In this document: piece by piece, positions 20,225 through 29,291 of the stretch
Layout: every line of letters starts with the position of its first letter
Position numbering within the stretch: the first letter of the stretch is position 1
Assembly (NCBI GenBank): GCA_041697335.1
Contig: JBGUGD010000031.1
Location: forward strand, 40,566 to 104,565
DNA from: Vampirovibrionaceae bacterium NZW_1234
GTDB taxonomy: Bacteria; Cyanobacteriota; Vampirovibrionia; Vampirovibrionales; JAGQHJ01
DNA: 64,000 nucleotides
Direction of reading: 5' to 3'
Program-made: the position numbers and the translations under genes
The notes under the pieces: generated by a model
The model's input: the letters and a program-made list of their open reading frames with translations, nothing else
Told to the model about the DNA's origin: nothing
The model's database searches: none

Positions 20225-21430
20225 ATGGCTTTTATGCAACTCGACCGTCTGTTTATTACCAAGCATTCACCTCCCTTTGGCCGCCTTTTTGGGGCGGGCA
20301 TCCTGGGGTTATGCCTTACAATGGTGATGATGGCCTGTGGCAAGCCTCCGGAGCCTCCATCGGTGGAGGCCGTTTTACGGCAGTCCTGGCAGTATTACCA
20401 GCAGCAGTTTATGGTCAACGGCGAACGGGTTCAGTCCAACACGTACCAGGGCACCATCAGCGAAGGGCAGTCCTACGCGCTGCTGAAGGCCGTGTGGATG
20501 AATGACCCCGAGGTGTTTGAGAAAACCTGGCAATGGACACAGCGGGAGCTGGATCGCCCCAAGGACCATCTTTTCGGCTGGCGTTGGGGAGAGCGTCCGG
20601 ATCACACCTGGGGGTTGTTGTTCGAGGAAAGCGCCCCGGATGCGGATCAGGACATCGCCTATGCCCTGCTGCTGGCCGGCGAACAATGGAACAGACCGGA
20701 TTATATTCAATCTGCCAGAGCGATCATCGCTGATTTCTGGCGTGTTCATGTGGTCCGGCTCGGCGGGCGCTATTACCTGACCGCAGGCGACTGGGAAGGG
20801 TTTCGGCAGCCCTACTTGACATTGAATCCCTCGTATTTCGCACCTTACGTGTATCGGCACTTTGCCCGCTACGATGAGGATCCCGCGCATGCCTGGGCGA
20901 AGCTCGCCCAGGACAGTTATGCGACCCTTGAGGCCTGCTCCAATCTCACGCAACACAAGCTCCCCCCAAACTGGTGCAGCGTCGATTGGAAAACCCATCG
21001 GATCGGGTTTTCCGACGTCCAAGGGGAAAACGCCCGAGACTTCAGTTATGATGCCATCCGGGTTTTTTGGCGCATGGCCATGGATGCCGCTGACACAAGC
21101 GCCGATGCCAGAGGTTACCTGTCCCGGCATCACTTTTTAATGACCCTCAATCAAGGCCCGCATCAATTTCCGCCCGGCTTTGGCCCCAACGGCGAATCCC
21201 GTGGAACGGGGCCTTCGGGCTTCACCCTCAGTCCAGCCATGGCCCAATATGCTCTCCTGCACCCGGGAGATCCGGACACCTTGTATCAAAAAACCCTGGC
21301 CCCCTATTACCACCCCCGGGGCTTCTGGTTTAACGACTACGACGACTTTCTCCACAGTGTCATCTGGCTCCACCTGTACACGCTCACCTTGAATTCTCCT
21401 GGACCTTCTGACACATCAAGACACCATTAA
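20225..21430 (+). CDS. Glycoside hydrolase family 8 (BcsZ-like endoglucanase/chitosanase), probable lipoprotein
   Basis: TISEGQSYALL, SAPDADQDIAYALL, LNPSYFAP, FSYDAIRV; hydrophobic stretch ending MMA-C. Confidence 0.92.
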   Translation: MAFMQLDRLFITKHSPPFGRLFGAGILGLCLTMVMMACGKPPEPPSVEAVLRQSWQYYQQQFMVNGERVQSNTYQGTISEGQSYALLKAVWMNDPEVFEKTWQWTQRELDRPKDHLFGWRWGERPDHTWGLLFEESAPDADQDIAYALLLAGEQWNRPDYIQSARAIIADFWRVHVVRLGGRYYLTAGDWEGFRQPYLTLNPSYFAPYVYRHFARYDEDPAHAWAKLAQDSYATLEACSNLTQHKLPPNWCSVDWKTHRIGFSDVQGENARDFSYDAIRVFWRMAMDAADTSADARGYLSRHHFLMTLNQGPHQFPPGFGPNGESRGTGPSGFTLSPAMAQYALLHPGDPDTLYQKTLAPYYHPRGFWFNDYDDFLHSVIWLHLYTLTLNSPGPSDTSRHH

Positions 21431-21466
21431 AGCCATTCTGGTGGATGCTCCACCAAAATGGCTTTT
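21429..21466. terminator. Intrinsic terminator between convergent genes
   Basis: AAAGCCATTCTGGTGGA-tgc-TCCACCAAAATGGCTTTT. Confidence 0.7.
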
Positions 21467-21547
21467 AACCTGGTTCTCAGCTTCGGACACTTGACACTAT
21501 CGGCTGAGACAATCCCCTCTAACTCTCATAAAACTTCCTAGGACTCT

Positions 21548-22171
21548 CTAAGTGGCTTCATTGACACTGATCACCAGCTTGTTGCGCTTGATGGTCAGGT
21601 CCATATTCTTGAAAAAGTTCATCCCTAACAGGCCCGACAATTGACTGTCGTGACCCAAATCCTGCACCACGGCTTTGACTTCGTGAACTTCGATGCCGCC
21701 AATTGAAACACTGTTCAAGGTCACCATCGGAGCGGAGATCACGCCGTTGGCCGTCATAATATTCATTTTCGGGGTGTGGCTGTCCATTTTCACATGGAGT
21801 CTATGGGCCAAGTCCGGGGTAATCACCGTGTAGGTGGCACCGGTATCCACCACAAAGGTGGCGAGGAACCTATGTTCCAAGAGCATCGGAACGGCCAGCG
21901 AGCTCTTAATCTGCTCAATAAAGGGCACTTCCACCTGACGGGTGTGGTGGTCCTCCTCCGGCTTAACGGTGGCTGTGTTGGATTGAAGCTTGGCCAGGCT
22001 TTGGCGAGCCAAATCGGCAATCACGGGATTATTGGTTTCTTTAAGCAGATGATCAAAAAAGATAGCCGCTTCGCTTTTCTCGCTGGTGCCCGACTCCTTG
22101 GCAAACGAGGGTATCATGGTCACGGACATCAAGGTCAAGGCAATGGCTGCAATGGTAAACACTCGCTTCAA
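21548..22171 (-). CDS. Secreted retropepsin-like aspartyl protease
   Basis: Signal peptide, FVVDTGATYTVI, TANG, GLLGMNFF. Confidence 0.9.
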   Translation of the reverse strand: MKRVFTIAAIALTLMSVTMIPSFAKESGTSEKSEAAIFFDHLLKETNNPVIADLARQSLAKLQSNTATVKPEEDHHTRQVEVPFIEQIKSSLAVPMLLEHRFLATFVVDTGATYTVITPDLAHRLHVKMDSHTPKMNIMTANGVISAPMVTLNSVSIGGIEVHEVKAVVQDLGHDSQLSGLLGMNFFKNMDLTIKRNKLVISVNEAT

Positions 22172-22214
22172 TGTGATACCCTCTCTTCGGTGTGTTTCTT
22201 CTCACGTATGAAGA

Positions 22215-22242
22215 CCATCGGCGCAGGGGTATTTAAACTTTA
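22215..22242 (-). promoter_or_regulatory. Sigma28/SigD-like promoter
   Basis: Minus strand TAAAGTTT-N12-GCCGATGG (consensus TAAAGTTT-N11-GCCGATAA), 44 bp upstream of the protease. Confidence 0.6.
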
Positions 22243-22583
22243 ATATCCTAACAATATATTTAAGATTTTTTCATATTCGAACCCGGGTTCCGCCAAAGCC
22301 CCGCAATGGTGTCGTTTCGTCGAGCTACAGCAAGATTATCCCGGCCTTCACGATTCACGGGAGCAAGATCCTTAAGGCCCCGTATTATCGATGTTTTCAG
22401 ACATTGATATCAATCCAAAACAAACTTATCTATACTGTGTAAATATATTAAGCATTCCTGCTTCTGCGCCCCCAGAAACTTGATTTTTATACCTGTTCTT
22501 CCTATTATTTTCAAACTTAATACACATTTGAAACAAAACAATAAACACGCTGCACATCCGGTGCACAGAAATTAGGTGATGCT

Positions 22584-24530
22584 ATGGCGTTGGCTCCTCG
22601 GAAAGACAGAAAACCGCGCTCGGTCTTTCTGAACACACCCGTCACAACTGGCCCCATCATACTGGGGGACAGCGTCACGTCTGTTCCGGCCTTGCAGTAT
22701 GCCTATCCGTTTTCCGTAACGTACCCAAGCCTTCAAAACTCACGCCCTGGTAGTCAGGGCTTGGGATTGGCCCTCCCCTTAAGCCTGGCCATGACGGTGG
22801 CCATCGCCACAACCCCGGTTGCTCATGCCGCCCCGGGTGAAATCAACTCCGTGAATATCGGCCAAAACGTCCAAGGCGGTGTTTATTACAACACACCTGG
22901 AAGCCAAACCACCTTCCAGGCCCCCACTACCGGTGGCAGCCTGGTGGTCTCCAGCAATACCGTGGTTCGGGGTTTGGAATCCGACATGTCGGGCACACCC
23001 ACGGGCAATGGCGGCCATATGGTATTTAACGCCCCGGGCGGGGTGGTCCGCCTGGATGGCACCATCGATGCCAGCGCCATTAAATCCGGACAGTTCTACT
23101 ATGGCAACGGTGGACGCGTCTCCATCAACGCCGAATACCTGCTTCAGTCAGGCAATATCTATGCCAACGGCATTAACGGTGGTCACGTCTCTGTAAATGT
23201 GGGGGCTTTGGCCGCTGGTCCCAGTTCTAAGATTCAGGCCATGGGCTTTGGCGGAGCCGGGGGCAAAGTAGAAATTCGCTCGCAAGGCCCGGTTGTTATT
23301 CATCCGGGAGCCCTTATCGATGCCTCGGGCCGGGTCCTCCATTACGATGCCAGCGTCATCCGGATTGAGGGCGGCATCGTCAACAATGCCGGTATTATCC
23401 GGGCCAACGCCATTGCCCGAAACGACGGCAAATCCGGCACCAGCGATCTCCAGATTATTGCCAGCCACCCCGTGGTGGCCAACGCCATCGCCAATATGCC
23501 GGTCCCTCCCATGCCGGCCTACTCGGGACCGTCTCGCGGCGGTACCATTGAGATTAGCGCCGTGGGGTCCAGTCAAAATCACAACGCCATCGAGGCCATC
23601 AACAAGGCCGCTACCGATGGCGTCTTTACTGCCTCGGAAGCCGGTATACTCAAAAGCCAGCTCACCACTCTGGCCAATAACTTTGATGGGCAAATCATTA
23701 ACAGCCCCACCGGCGTCATTCAAGCCACCGGTGAAGACGGTTACCACGGCACCCAGTTCTACGGTGCCACACCGGGCGGATCCGGCGGGGTTATTTCCCT
23801 CAGCGGATTGGCCCATATCCATAACGATGGGGTGATTGACGTCAGCGGCGGCCACGGTGGCGACGCCAATGCTTTTGGTGACGCGGGCGGTCGTGGGGGT
23901 GATGCCGGAATTATAAATCTTGCCAGTCTCAGTCCGTTTGTTTCAGGCACCGGACAGGTTTTGCTGAGGGGAGGGCAAGGAGGCCAGGGGAGCCCCTTTG
24001 TGGGCAGTACGGGTGGGAATGGGGGTCATGGCGGGTTATTGCTCGTCCCTGACGAACCGCACAACTGGGTAGCCACAACCTTTCAGCGCTTCGATTTGCG
24101 CGGGGGCGACGGGGGTCAAAGTCGTGGCGGGTGTCCCATTCCCTCTCACCCTGGTCACCATGGCCTGATTGCACGGTCTCAGCCACCGTGCCCACCGCCG
24201 CCGCCGTGTGATCCACCGCCGCCGCCACCTCCTCCGCCTCCGCCACCACCGCCTCCGCCAAGGCCACCGCGGCAGGATATTCCGCCTCAGACTCCTTCAC
24301 CGGATTTTTCCTTCCCGCCCATTGATCAAAGCGGGCCACTCTATGTCTTTTCCGGCCTTCCCCAACAAATTGCCCAGGCTGCGGACACGTCCTATGCCTT
24401 ACTGGCTCAGGAGCCCACAACGGCTACCCGTCAGCGCCTTGAGCAGCAACTGGCCGAAATTCCCAAAAAAGATCACCCCTTCAAACGTCCCCGGGTCGAG
24501 CGGGCCACCAAAGTTCGCGGCTTCTGGTAA
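22584..24530 (+). CDS. Secreted Gly-rich beta-helix (filamentous haemagglutinin-like) protein with poly-Pro stalk
   Basis: Hydrophobic segment ending AHA-A, repeated GGxVxI/IDASG/GGxGG motifs, a CPPPPPCDP+poly-P tract, and C-terminus KVRGFW. Confidence 0.65.
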   Translation: MALAPRKDRKPRSVFLNTPVTTGPIILGDSVTSVPALQYAYPFSVTYPSLQNSRPGSQGLGLALPLSLAMTVAIATTPVAHAAPGEINSVNIGQNVQGGVYYNTPGSQTTFQAPTTGGSLVVSSNTVVRGLESDMSGTPTGNGGHMVFNAPGGVVRLDGTIDASAIKSGQFYYGNGGRVSINAEYLLQSGNIYANGINGGHVSVNVGALAAGPSSKIQAMGFGGAGGKVEIRSQGPVVIHPGALIDASGRVLHYDASVIRIEGGIVNNAGIIRANAIARNDGKSGTSDLQIIASHPVVANAIANMPVPPMPAYSGPSRGGTIEISAVGSSQNHNAIEAINKAATDGVFTASEAGILKSQLTTLANNFDGQIINSPTGVIQATGEDGYHGTQFYGATPGGSGGVISLSGLAHIHNDGVIDVSGGHGGDANAFGDAGGRGGDAGIINLASLSPFVSGTGQVLLRGGQGGQGSPFVGSTGGNGGHGGLLLVPDEPHNWVATTFQRFDLRGGDGGQSRGGCPIPSHPGHHGLIARSQPPCPPPPPCDPPPPPPPPPPPPPPPPRPPRQDIPPQTPSPDFSFPPIDQSGPLYVFSGLPQQIAQAADTSYALLAQEPTTATRQRLEQQLAEIPKKDHPFKRPRVERATKVRGFW

Positions 24531-24595
24531 AGTCTCCTTCAAATCGGTCGAAGTCCTTCATGGCTCTCCTTATGTGAGATAGAAGGACAGAAGGC

Positions 24596-25261
24596 ATGAT
24601 TATTCCAACCGATTTTTACCGCAGACTGGTCCCCATGGCCGTGGCCATCCTCTGGATGTGGTTTGCCGTGGCCCTGGCCGAGCTGCCTTTAAGAAACGGC
24701 AGTGTCACCTTGAATATTCCCTCTTGCACCCTATGGGTCTTCGATGGCCCGACCCTGGTCAAGGCCTATCGCGTGGCCGTCGGGGCCAAAGACACCCCAA
24801 CCCCGGTGGGTCGGTTCACGGTGCTGCGCAAGGTCGTGGACCCCGAAGCCGACGGGGCGGATGACTCAGCCCCCCCATTGGGCAGCCGCTGGATTGGGTT
24901 TCTCGAAAAAGACGGGGGCGAATACGGTATTCACGGCATTCCGGATACCAGCCCACTGGGGCAGTTTCACACCCGGGGCAGTGTCCAGATGGCCATGAAA
25001 GACGTCGAAGAATTCTTTGACTATGTCGATGTCGGCACGCCGATCACGATTACCTATGCCCTGGTCCAGGTCGCCCGAGGCAACCAGGGCGAAATCCTTG
25101 CGACGGTCTTTCCCGATACCATGGGCAAAGGCCAACCCACCCAGGCCCAAATCGAGCAACTCATCCGCACCCAGTTCCCCCAAGCCCGCATCGACACCCA
25201 TCGCCTGAAACAGGCCATGGCCACCCCCCAGGCCAAACCCGTGATTATCGGCACCTGGTAG
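24596..25261 (+). CDS. L,D-transpeptidase (YkuD) family protein with catalytic Cys replaced by Ser
   Basis: YRVAVG, TPTPVG, PLGSRWIG, YGIHG...TRGSVQM (canonical SHGCIRM), VDVGTPI; N-terminal signal peptide. Confidence 0.85.
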   Translation: MIIPTDFYRRLVPMAVAILWMWFAVALAELPLRNGSVTLNIPSCTLWVFDGPTLVKAYRVAVGAKDTPTPVGRFTVLRKVVDPEADGADDSAPPLGSRWIGFLEKDGGEYGIHGIPDTSPLGQFHTRGSVQMAMKDVEEFFDYVDVGTPITITYALVQVARGNQGEILATVFPDTMGKGQPTQAQIEQLIRTQFPQARIDTHRLKQAMATPQAKPVIIGTW

Positions 25262-25438
25262 AAATAAAGAAATAAAATGAGTGCCCGTTCGCAAGAAAAA
25301 TGCCCTATTATTAGGCTCCGATGCTGCTTTGAAAACTTGGTCTCCCGCAGATAAATCATGTCCTCTAAGCTACTTGGGCAAGAATAACGGGTGCAAAAAC
25401 ATCCATTTGCGTGAGATTACCCACAAATACACCCATAA

Positions 25439-25475
25439 ATACCCATATTTTTTTATTGACCTCAGATATGGGTAT
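25439..25475. promoter_or_regulatory. Operator-like inverted repeat upstream of fic
   Basis: ATACCCATAT-N17-ATATGGGTAT straddling TTGACC, with additional ACCCAYA half-sites at 25419-25437. Confidence 0.5.
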
Positions 25476-25512
25476 ATACGAAGATAAATATGGATAAGTT
25501 GAGCTAGGGACG

Positions 25513-26556
25513 ATGAGAGAGCCGAACCTTCAAATCACGCCTGCAATTTTAAAGCTCATCGCTTCAATTGATGAGTTCAAAGGGCGTTGGGAAGCTCTCA
25601 AACAGATGGCTCCTGACCGCCTGCAAACGCTGAGGCGGATTGCCACCATTGAGTCTGTCGGCTCTTCCACCCGGATTGAAGGAGTTAAGCTGACGGATAG
25701 AGAGGTAGAACAGCTCCTCAAGGGCTTAGATACCCATTCGTTTCGTAGCCGTGATGAGGAAGAGGTGGCTGGCTATGCAGATGCGATGGACCTCATCTTT
25801 GAGTCTTTTGCCGAGATTCCATTCACAGAAAATCACATCAAGCAGCTTCATCAGGTTTTGCTCAAACATGTCAAAAAGGACATCTATCATCGAGGAGAAT
25901 ATAAGAAGTTTCCCAACCACGTCGAGGCCTTTGGAGCGGATGGCAAAAGTGTCGGGATTGTCTTTGAAACGGTCAGCCCGTTTGATACGCCTCACTGTAT
26001 GACCGAACTGATTACCTGGACCCATCAGGCATTTGAGAAGAAAGACCTGCACCCCTTGTTGGTCATTGGGATCTTTGTGGTCCATTTCCTGGCCATCCAT
26101 CCATTCCAGGATGGGAATGGTCGCCTGTCCCGAATACTTACGACGCTGTTGCTGTTGCAGCAAGGGTACTCTTACGTTCCATACAGCTCCTTGGAGCGGA
26201 TTGTGGAAGAGAATAAGGACCACTACTATCTGTCGCTACAAGCCCAGGCCACTCTTAAAAAAGATGATACCCAGCTGAACCAGTGGCTTCTGTTCTTCCT
26301 GGAATGCCTCCAAAAGCAAGGACAGGTGTTGGCCTCCAAGATTGAGCGTGAGCAATTGATGAAGAAGCTCCCCGAATTGTCAGAACAAATCCTCAAGATT
26401 GCACGTGACCATGGTCGGGTAACCGTTGGTGATGCGGTTGAAGTGACCCAGGCAAACCGCAATACCATCAAACTTCGTTTCAGGGAATTAGTCGCAGAAG
26501 GTTACCTGGAGGCACAGGGGAAGGGCAAAGGGACATGGTATATCTTGGCTCGATAA
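25513..26556 (+). CDS. Fic family protein with C-terminal winged HTH
   Basis: Intact Fic motif HPFQDGNGRLSR, N-terminal inhibitory motif STRIEG, and C-terminal wHTH (NRNTIK...GKGKGTWY). Confidence 0.93.
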   Translation: MREPNLQITPAILKLIASIDEFKGRWEALKQMAPDRLQTLRRIATIESVGSSTRIEGVKLTDREVEQLLKGLDTHSFRSRDEEEVAGYADAMDLIFESFAEIPFTENHIKQLHQVLLKHVKKDIYHRGEYKKFPNHVEAFGADGKSVGIVFETVSPFDTPHCMTELITWTHQAFEKKDLHPLLVIGIFVVHFLAIHPFQDGNGRLSRILTTLLLLQQGYSYVPYSSLERIVEENKDHYYLSLQAQATLKKDDTQLNQWLLFFLECLQKQGQVLASKIEREQLMKKLPELSEQILKIARDHGRVTVGDAVEVTQANRNTIKLRFRELVAEGYLEAQGKGKGTWYILAR

Positions 26557-26682
26557 GAGAAGAAAGCTGGGTTTGACCGATAGAACTCTTTAACAAACGG
26601 TTATTGATCAGCAATTTGCAAACATTTTGGTCCCCTGACTATGAAAAATGGAAGCAAAAACGTCGGATTATCGCGCTTCTGA

Positions 26683-27738
26683 TTAGATTTTAGAATTCTG
26701 GTTAAAGCGCAGGTTTTTCAAGCCTTGCTGTTGCTGATACATTTCCTTGGCCTTGTTCACTTCCTGGGCAACCTTGGAGACCATCTGCGCGATATAGGCC
26801 TCGATAAAGCCCCCGGCAATCGAGGTTAACCCGGCGGTCACCATCAACCAGTGCGGGTTCTTCTCCAGCCATTTGCGGAAGGGATGCTGGCCGATGTTTT
26901 TCTGAAAGAACCCGGCAATGCGCTTAATCGTCGGGTTTCCAAGAACATTTTTCTGGACATGATAACTGATACGGGCCATTAATGACGCCCCTTTGCCAGG
27001 GGGAACCAATTTCTTGGCCATCGTCACCGGGGCATGCTTTTGCTTCATCAACAGGCTCAAGCCCAGGTTCAGCTCGGTGCCCACCAGGGTCACCACCGAG
27101 GAAACGAAGCGCAGATAATTGTGCCGCTCTTTTTCCGTCATTTCACTGACGGGCTTATCTTTTTCCAAGCCGAAGAAATGGCAATAGAAATCGCGAACCT
27201 TTTTGGTCCAGGGTTTCTTGTCATCCATGGCACCTTTGATAAACTGCCCCTGAAGCCATCCCAACAACAGTTCCCCGGCAATGTAGATTTTAGGCAGGCC
27301 GAACAGATAGGCATACCCGGCGCCCATAATCACCCCATCAAACAGAATCTTAATCAGGCGCATCACCTTCGGTCCCAAATCGGCCCCATGATGAGGGTCG
27401 GTGGTGGCTTTCTTTTTGTCTGCTTTCTCGGTTGGCTTGGGAACGAGCTTCGGCATTTCAATCACCACCGGGGGCGAAGCCTCCTTGGGCTTGGGTTTTT
27501 CATCGGCCGGCGAGATGACTTCGGGGTTTATCCAGTACTGATCCGAGGCAAGCCATGTCGGTTTGGCAGTGGGCGACGCGGCAGTCAGCTCGGCAGTGGC
27601 GGGGTTGGACCCCGAGTTGTTTTGCGATCGGGTGGCCGGATATGCCGGGCTATACGCGACAAAGCCACCTCGATTTGATGGAGGTGTCCAGGCTGGGTAG
27701 TAAGGCGAGGGGGCATAATATGGGCCTGGTATGACCAT
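26683..27738 (-). CDS. Hypothetical membrane protein with Tyr/Pro-rich N-terminus
   Basis: 351-aa ORF with several hydrophobic helices after a disordered region of about 120 aa. Confidence 0.7.
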   Translation of the reverse strand: MVIPGPYYAPSPYYPAWTPPSNRGGFVAYSPAYPATRSQNNSGSNPATAELTAASPTAKPTWLASDQYWINPEVISPADEKPKPKEASPPVVIEMPKLVPKPTEKADKKKATTDPHHGADLGPKVMRLIKILFDGVIMGAGYAYLFGLPKIYIAGELLLGWLQGQFIKGAMDDKKPWTKKVRDFYCHFFGLEKDKPVSEMTEKERHNYLRFVSSVVTLVGTELNLGLSLLMKQKHAPVTMAKKLVPPGKGASLMARISYHVQKNVLGNPTIKRIAGFFQKNIGQHPFRKWLEKNPHWLMVTAGLTSIAGGFIEAYIAQMVSKVAQEVNKAKEMYQQQQGLKNLRFNQNSKI

Positions 27739-28055
27739 TCTTCCCTATTTCCCGTGATGCATCATTTCCATAACTAAAACACCTCAACATGCGAAGTTGA
27801 CAGTTCAGTGGAAACACAGGCTTAACGGTTCTTAACCCACGTCCCAGAGTCGGTGGTCATCATAGCGAGGGGGAGAACAAAAGGCAATGGGAAAAATTTC
27901 CTGTCCCACCAGGCTGATATCTCCCATATGAGTCACATATAACCATCATCACGATCGTTAAAACACCTCTGGCATTCAATAGCACATGTGCCGGTACCAG
28001 AGGTGTTGCTCCTACCCCTACCCCTCAATGTTCTGACAACCAGAAGATATGACGT

Positions 28056-28277
28056 CTACTGGTCGATGATGTCCTTGGCAGGAGACTCCTGATCGCGGAT
28101 GTTCAAGGTCGGGTCGGTGTCACTGATGCGACGTTTGTGGCTGATATCGTCAATCCCGGTTCCGGCCACGCCCGGCCCAATGCGATCCGGATCGCCCCGG
28201 CCATCCTGAAGCGGTTTGGTATGGCGCGTGGGTGATGCCTTCATAGGCTCCTTGCGGCGAGAAGATTTCTCCGTCAT
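28056..28277 (-). CDS. Small hydrophilic hypothetical protein (73 aa)
   Basis: ATG at 28277 preceded by a strong SD GGAGGAAGG; downstream inverted repeat at 27962-28007. Confidence 0.55.
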   Translation of the reverse strand: MTEKSSRRKEPMKASPTRHTKPLQDGRGDPDRIGPGVAGTGIDDISHKRRISDTDPTLNIRDQESPAKDIIDQ

Positions 28278-28557
28278 AATCCTTCCTCCAATACCCACCC
28301 CGTCTCTGGATACTCGGGCTGGGTCCCTTTGCCGTCTCCAGGCCCAGGCGGACCCGAATCGTGGGTTTAAGTCTATCTTCTATGGTGCATGCTGGCTCAT
28401 TTTTTGTCTGACGGGTATCCCTCGGGTCGGCAACTTTACGCCTGAAAAATGGCCCTAAAGCAGGCTCGGCTCCCCGGTCTCTTGAATCCCCTGTGCGATT
28501 CCTGTAATATCAGGCTTTCGAAGACACCCGACATCATTTTTCCGAGGAGCGTGGTAT

Positions 28558-29079
28558 ATGGTTCACTTGACGTCACTTAACCCCATGGCAGGGTCCCTCC
28601 ACCGGGTAGCGATCCGTCGGCCGACCTTCATCAACCCCATATCACCCAAACCGTCATTCACCCCCCGGTTTCAAGGTCGGATTGCGGAGTTATCCAAGGA
28701 TCAGCGCATTGGCGTTCTTGCAGAGCGCCTGATGACACTGCCGCCTTTTCAGAATGATACGGAAGCCTTTCAAGCCATGACGACGGTTTTGGCGGGAGTC
28801 GAGCGAGATTATCGCCCAGCCAGCGAACCGGAAGACATGGCCGTCGAGCCCGAGGAGTTCAACCCCGCCTTTACCGTTCAGGGGCATCCCCATTTGCGGG
28901 TAGGTATTACCCCGAAACATATCGTCCTGATCCACCCCAACGGGGCACTAAAGCTCTACGAAGCCCGGAACCCCCTGACTCAGAAAACGCCCTTGCCCTT
29001 GGAGCGGGCTTTTCTGGAAAACCATTTCTCCCCCCTGCTCGATAAACCCAACGCCCGTCAACAACGGGTCTGGGATTAA
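28558..29079 (+). CDS. Hypothetical protein with RFQG leader
   Basis: SD GAGGAG; acid-free leader ending PSFTPRFQG followed by a globular-looking domain. Confidence 0.7.
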   Translation: MVHLTSLNPMAGSLHRVAIRRPTFINPISPKPSFTPRFQGRIAELSKDQRIGVLAERLMTLPPFQNDTEAFQAMTTVLAGVERDYRPASEPEDMAVEPEEFNPAFTVQGHPHLRVGITPKHIVLIHPNGALKLYEARNPLTQKTPLPLERAFLENHFSPLLDKPNARQQRVWD

Positions 29080-29291
29080 CCGACTTCGTTTCCCACATCC
29101 CCTGAAGCCTGTTTACTTTTCGTGGACAACTAGGGATTGAATTCACGTCTGCCTTGGGCTCCTGACCCCATGTTGCAACTCATTTTGATCATCGGCGCAA
29201 TTTTTAGCATGCGCGTGTTTTTATTGTTTATATAAATTATATCCTATGCAAATACAACAGAAATCTTTTCACGTGTTGTAGGAGAGTCAGA

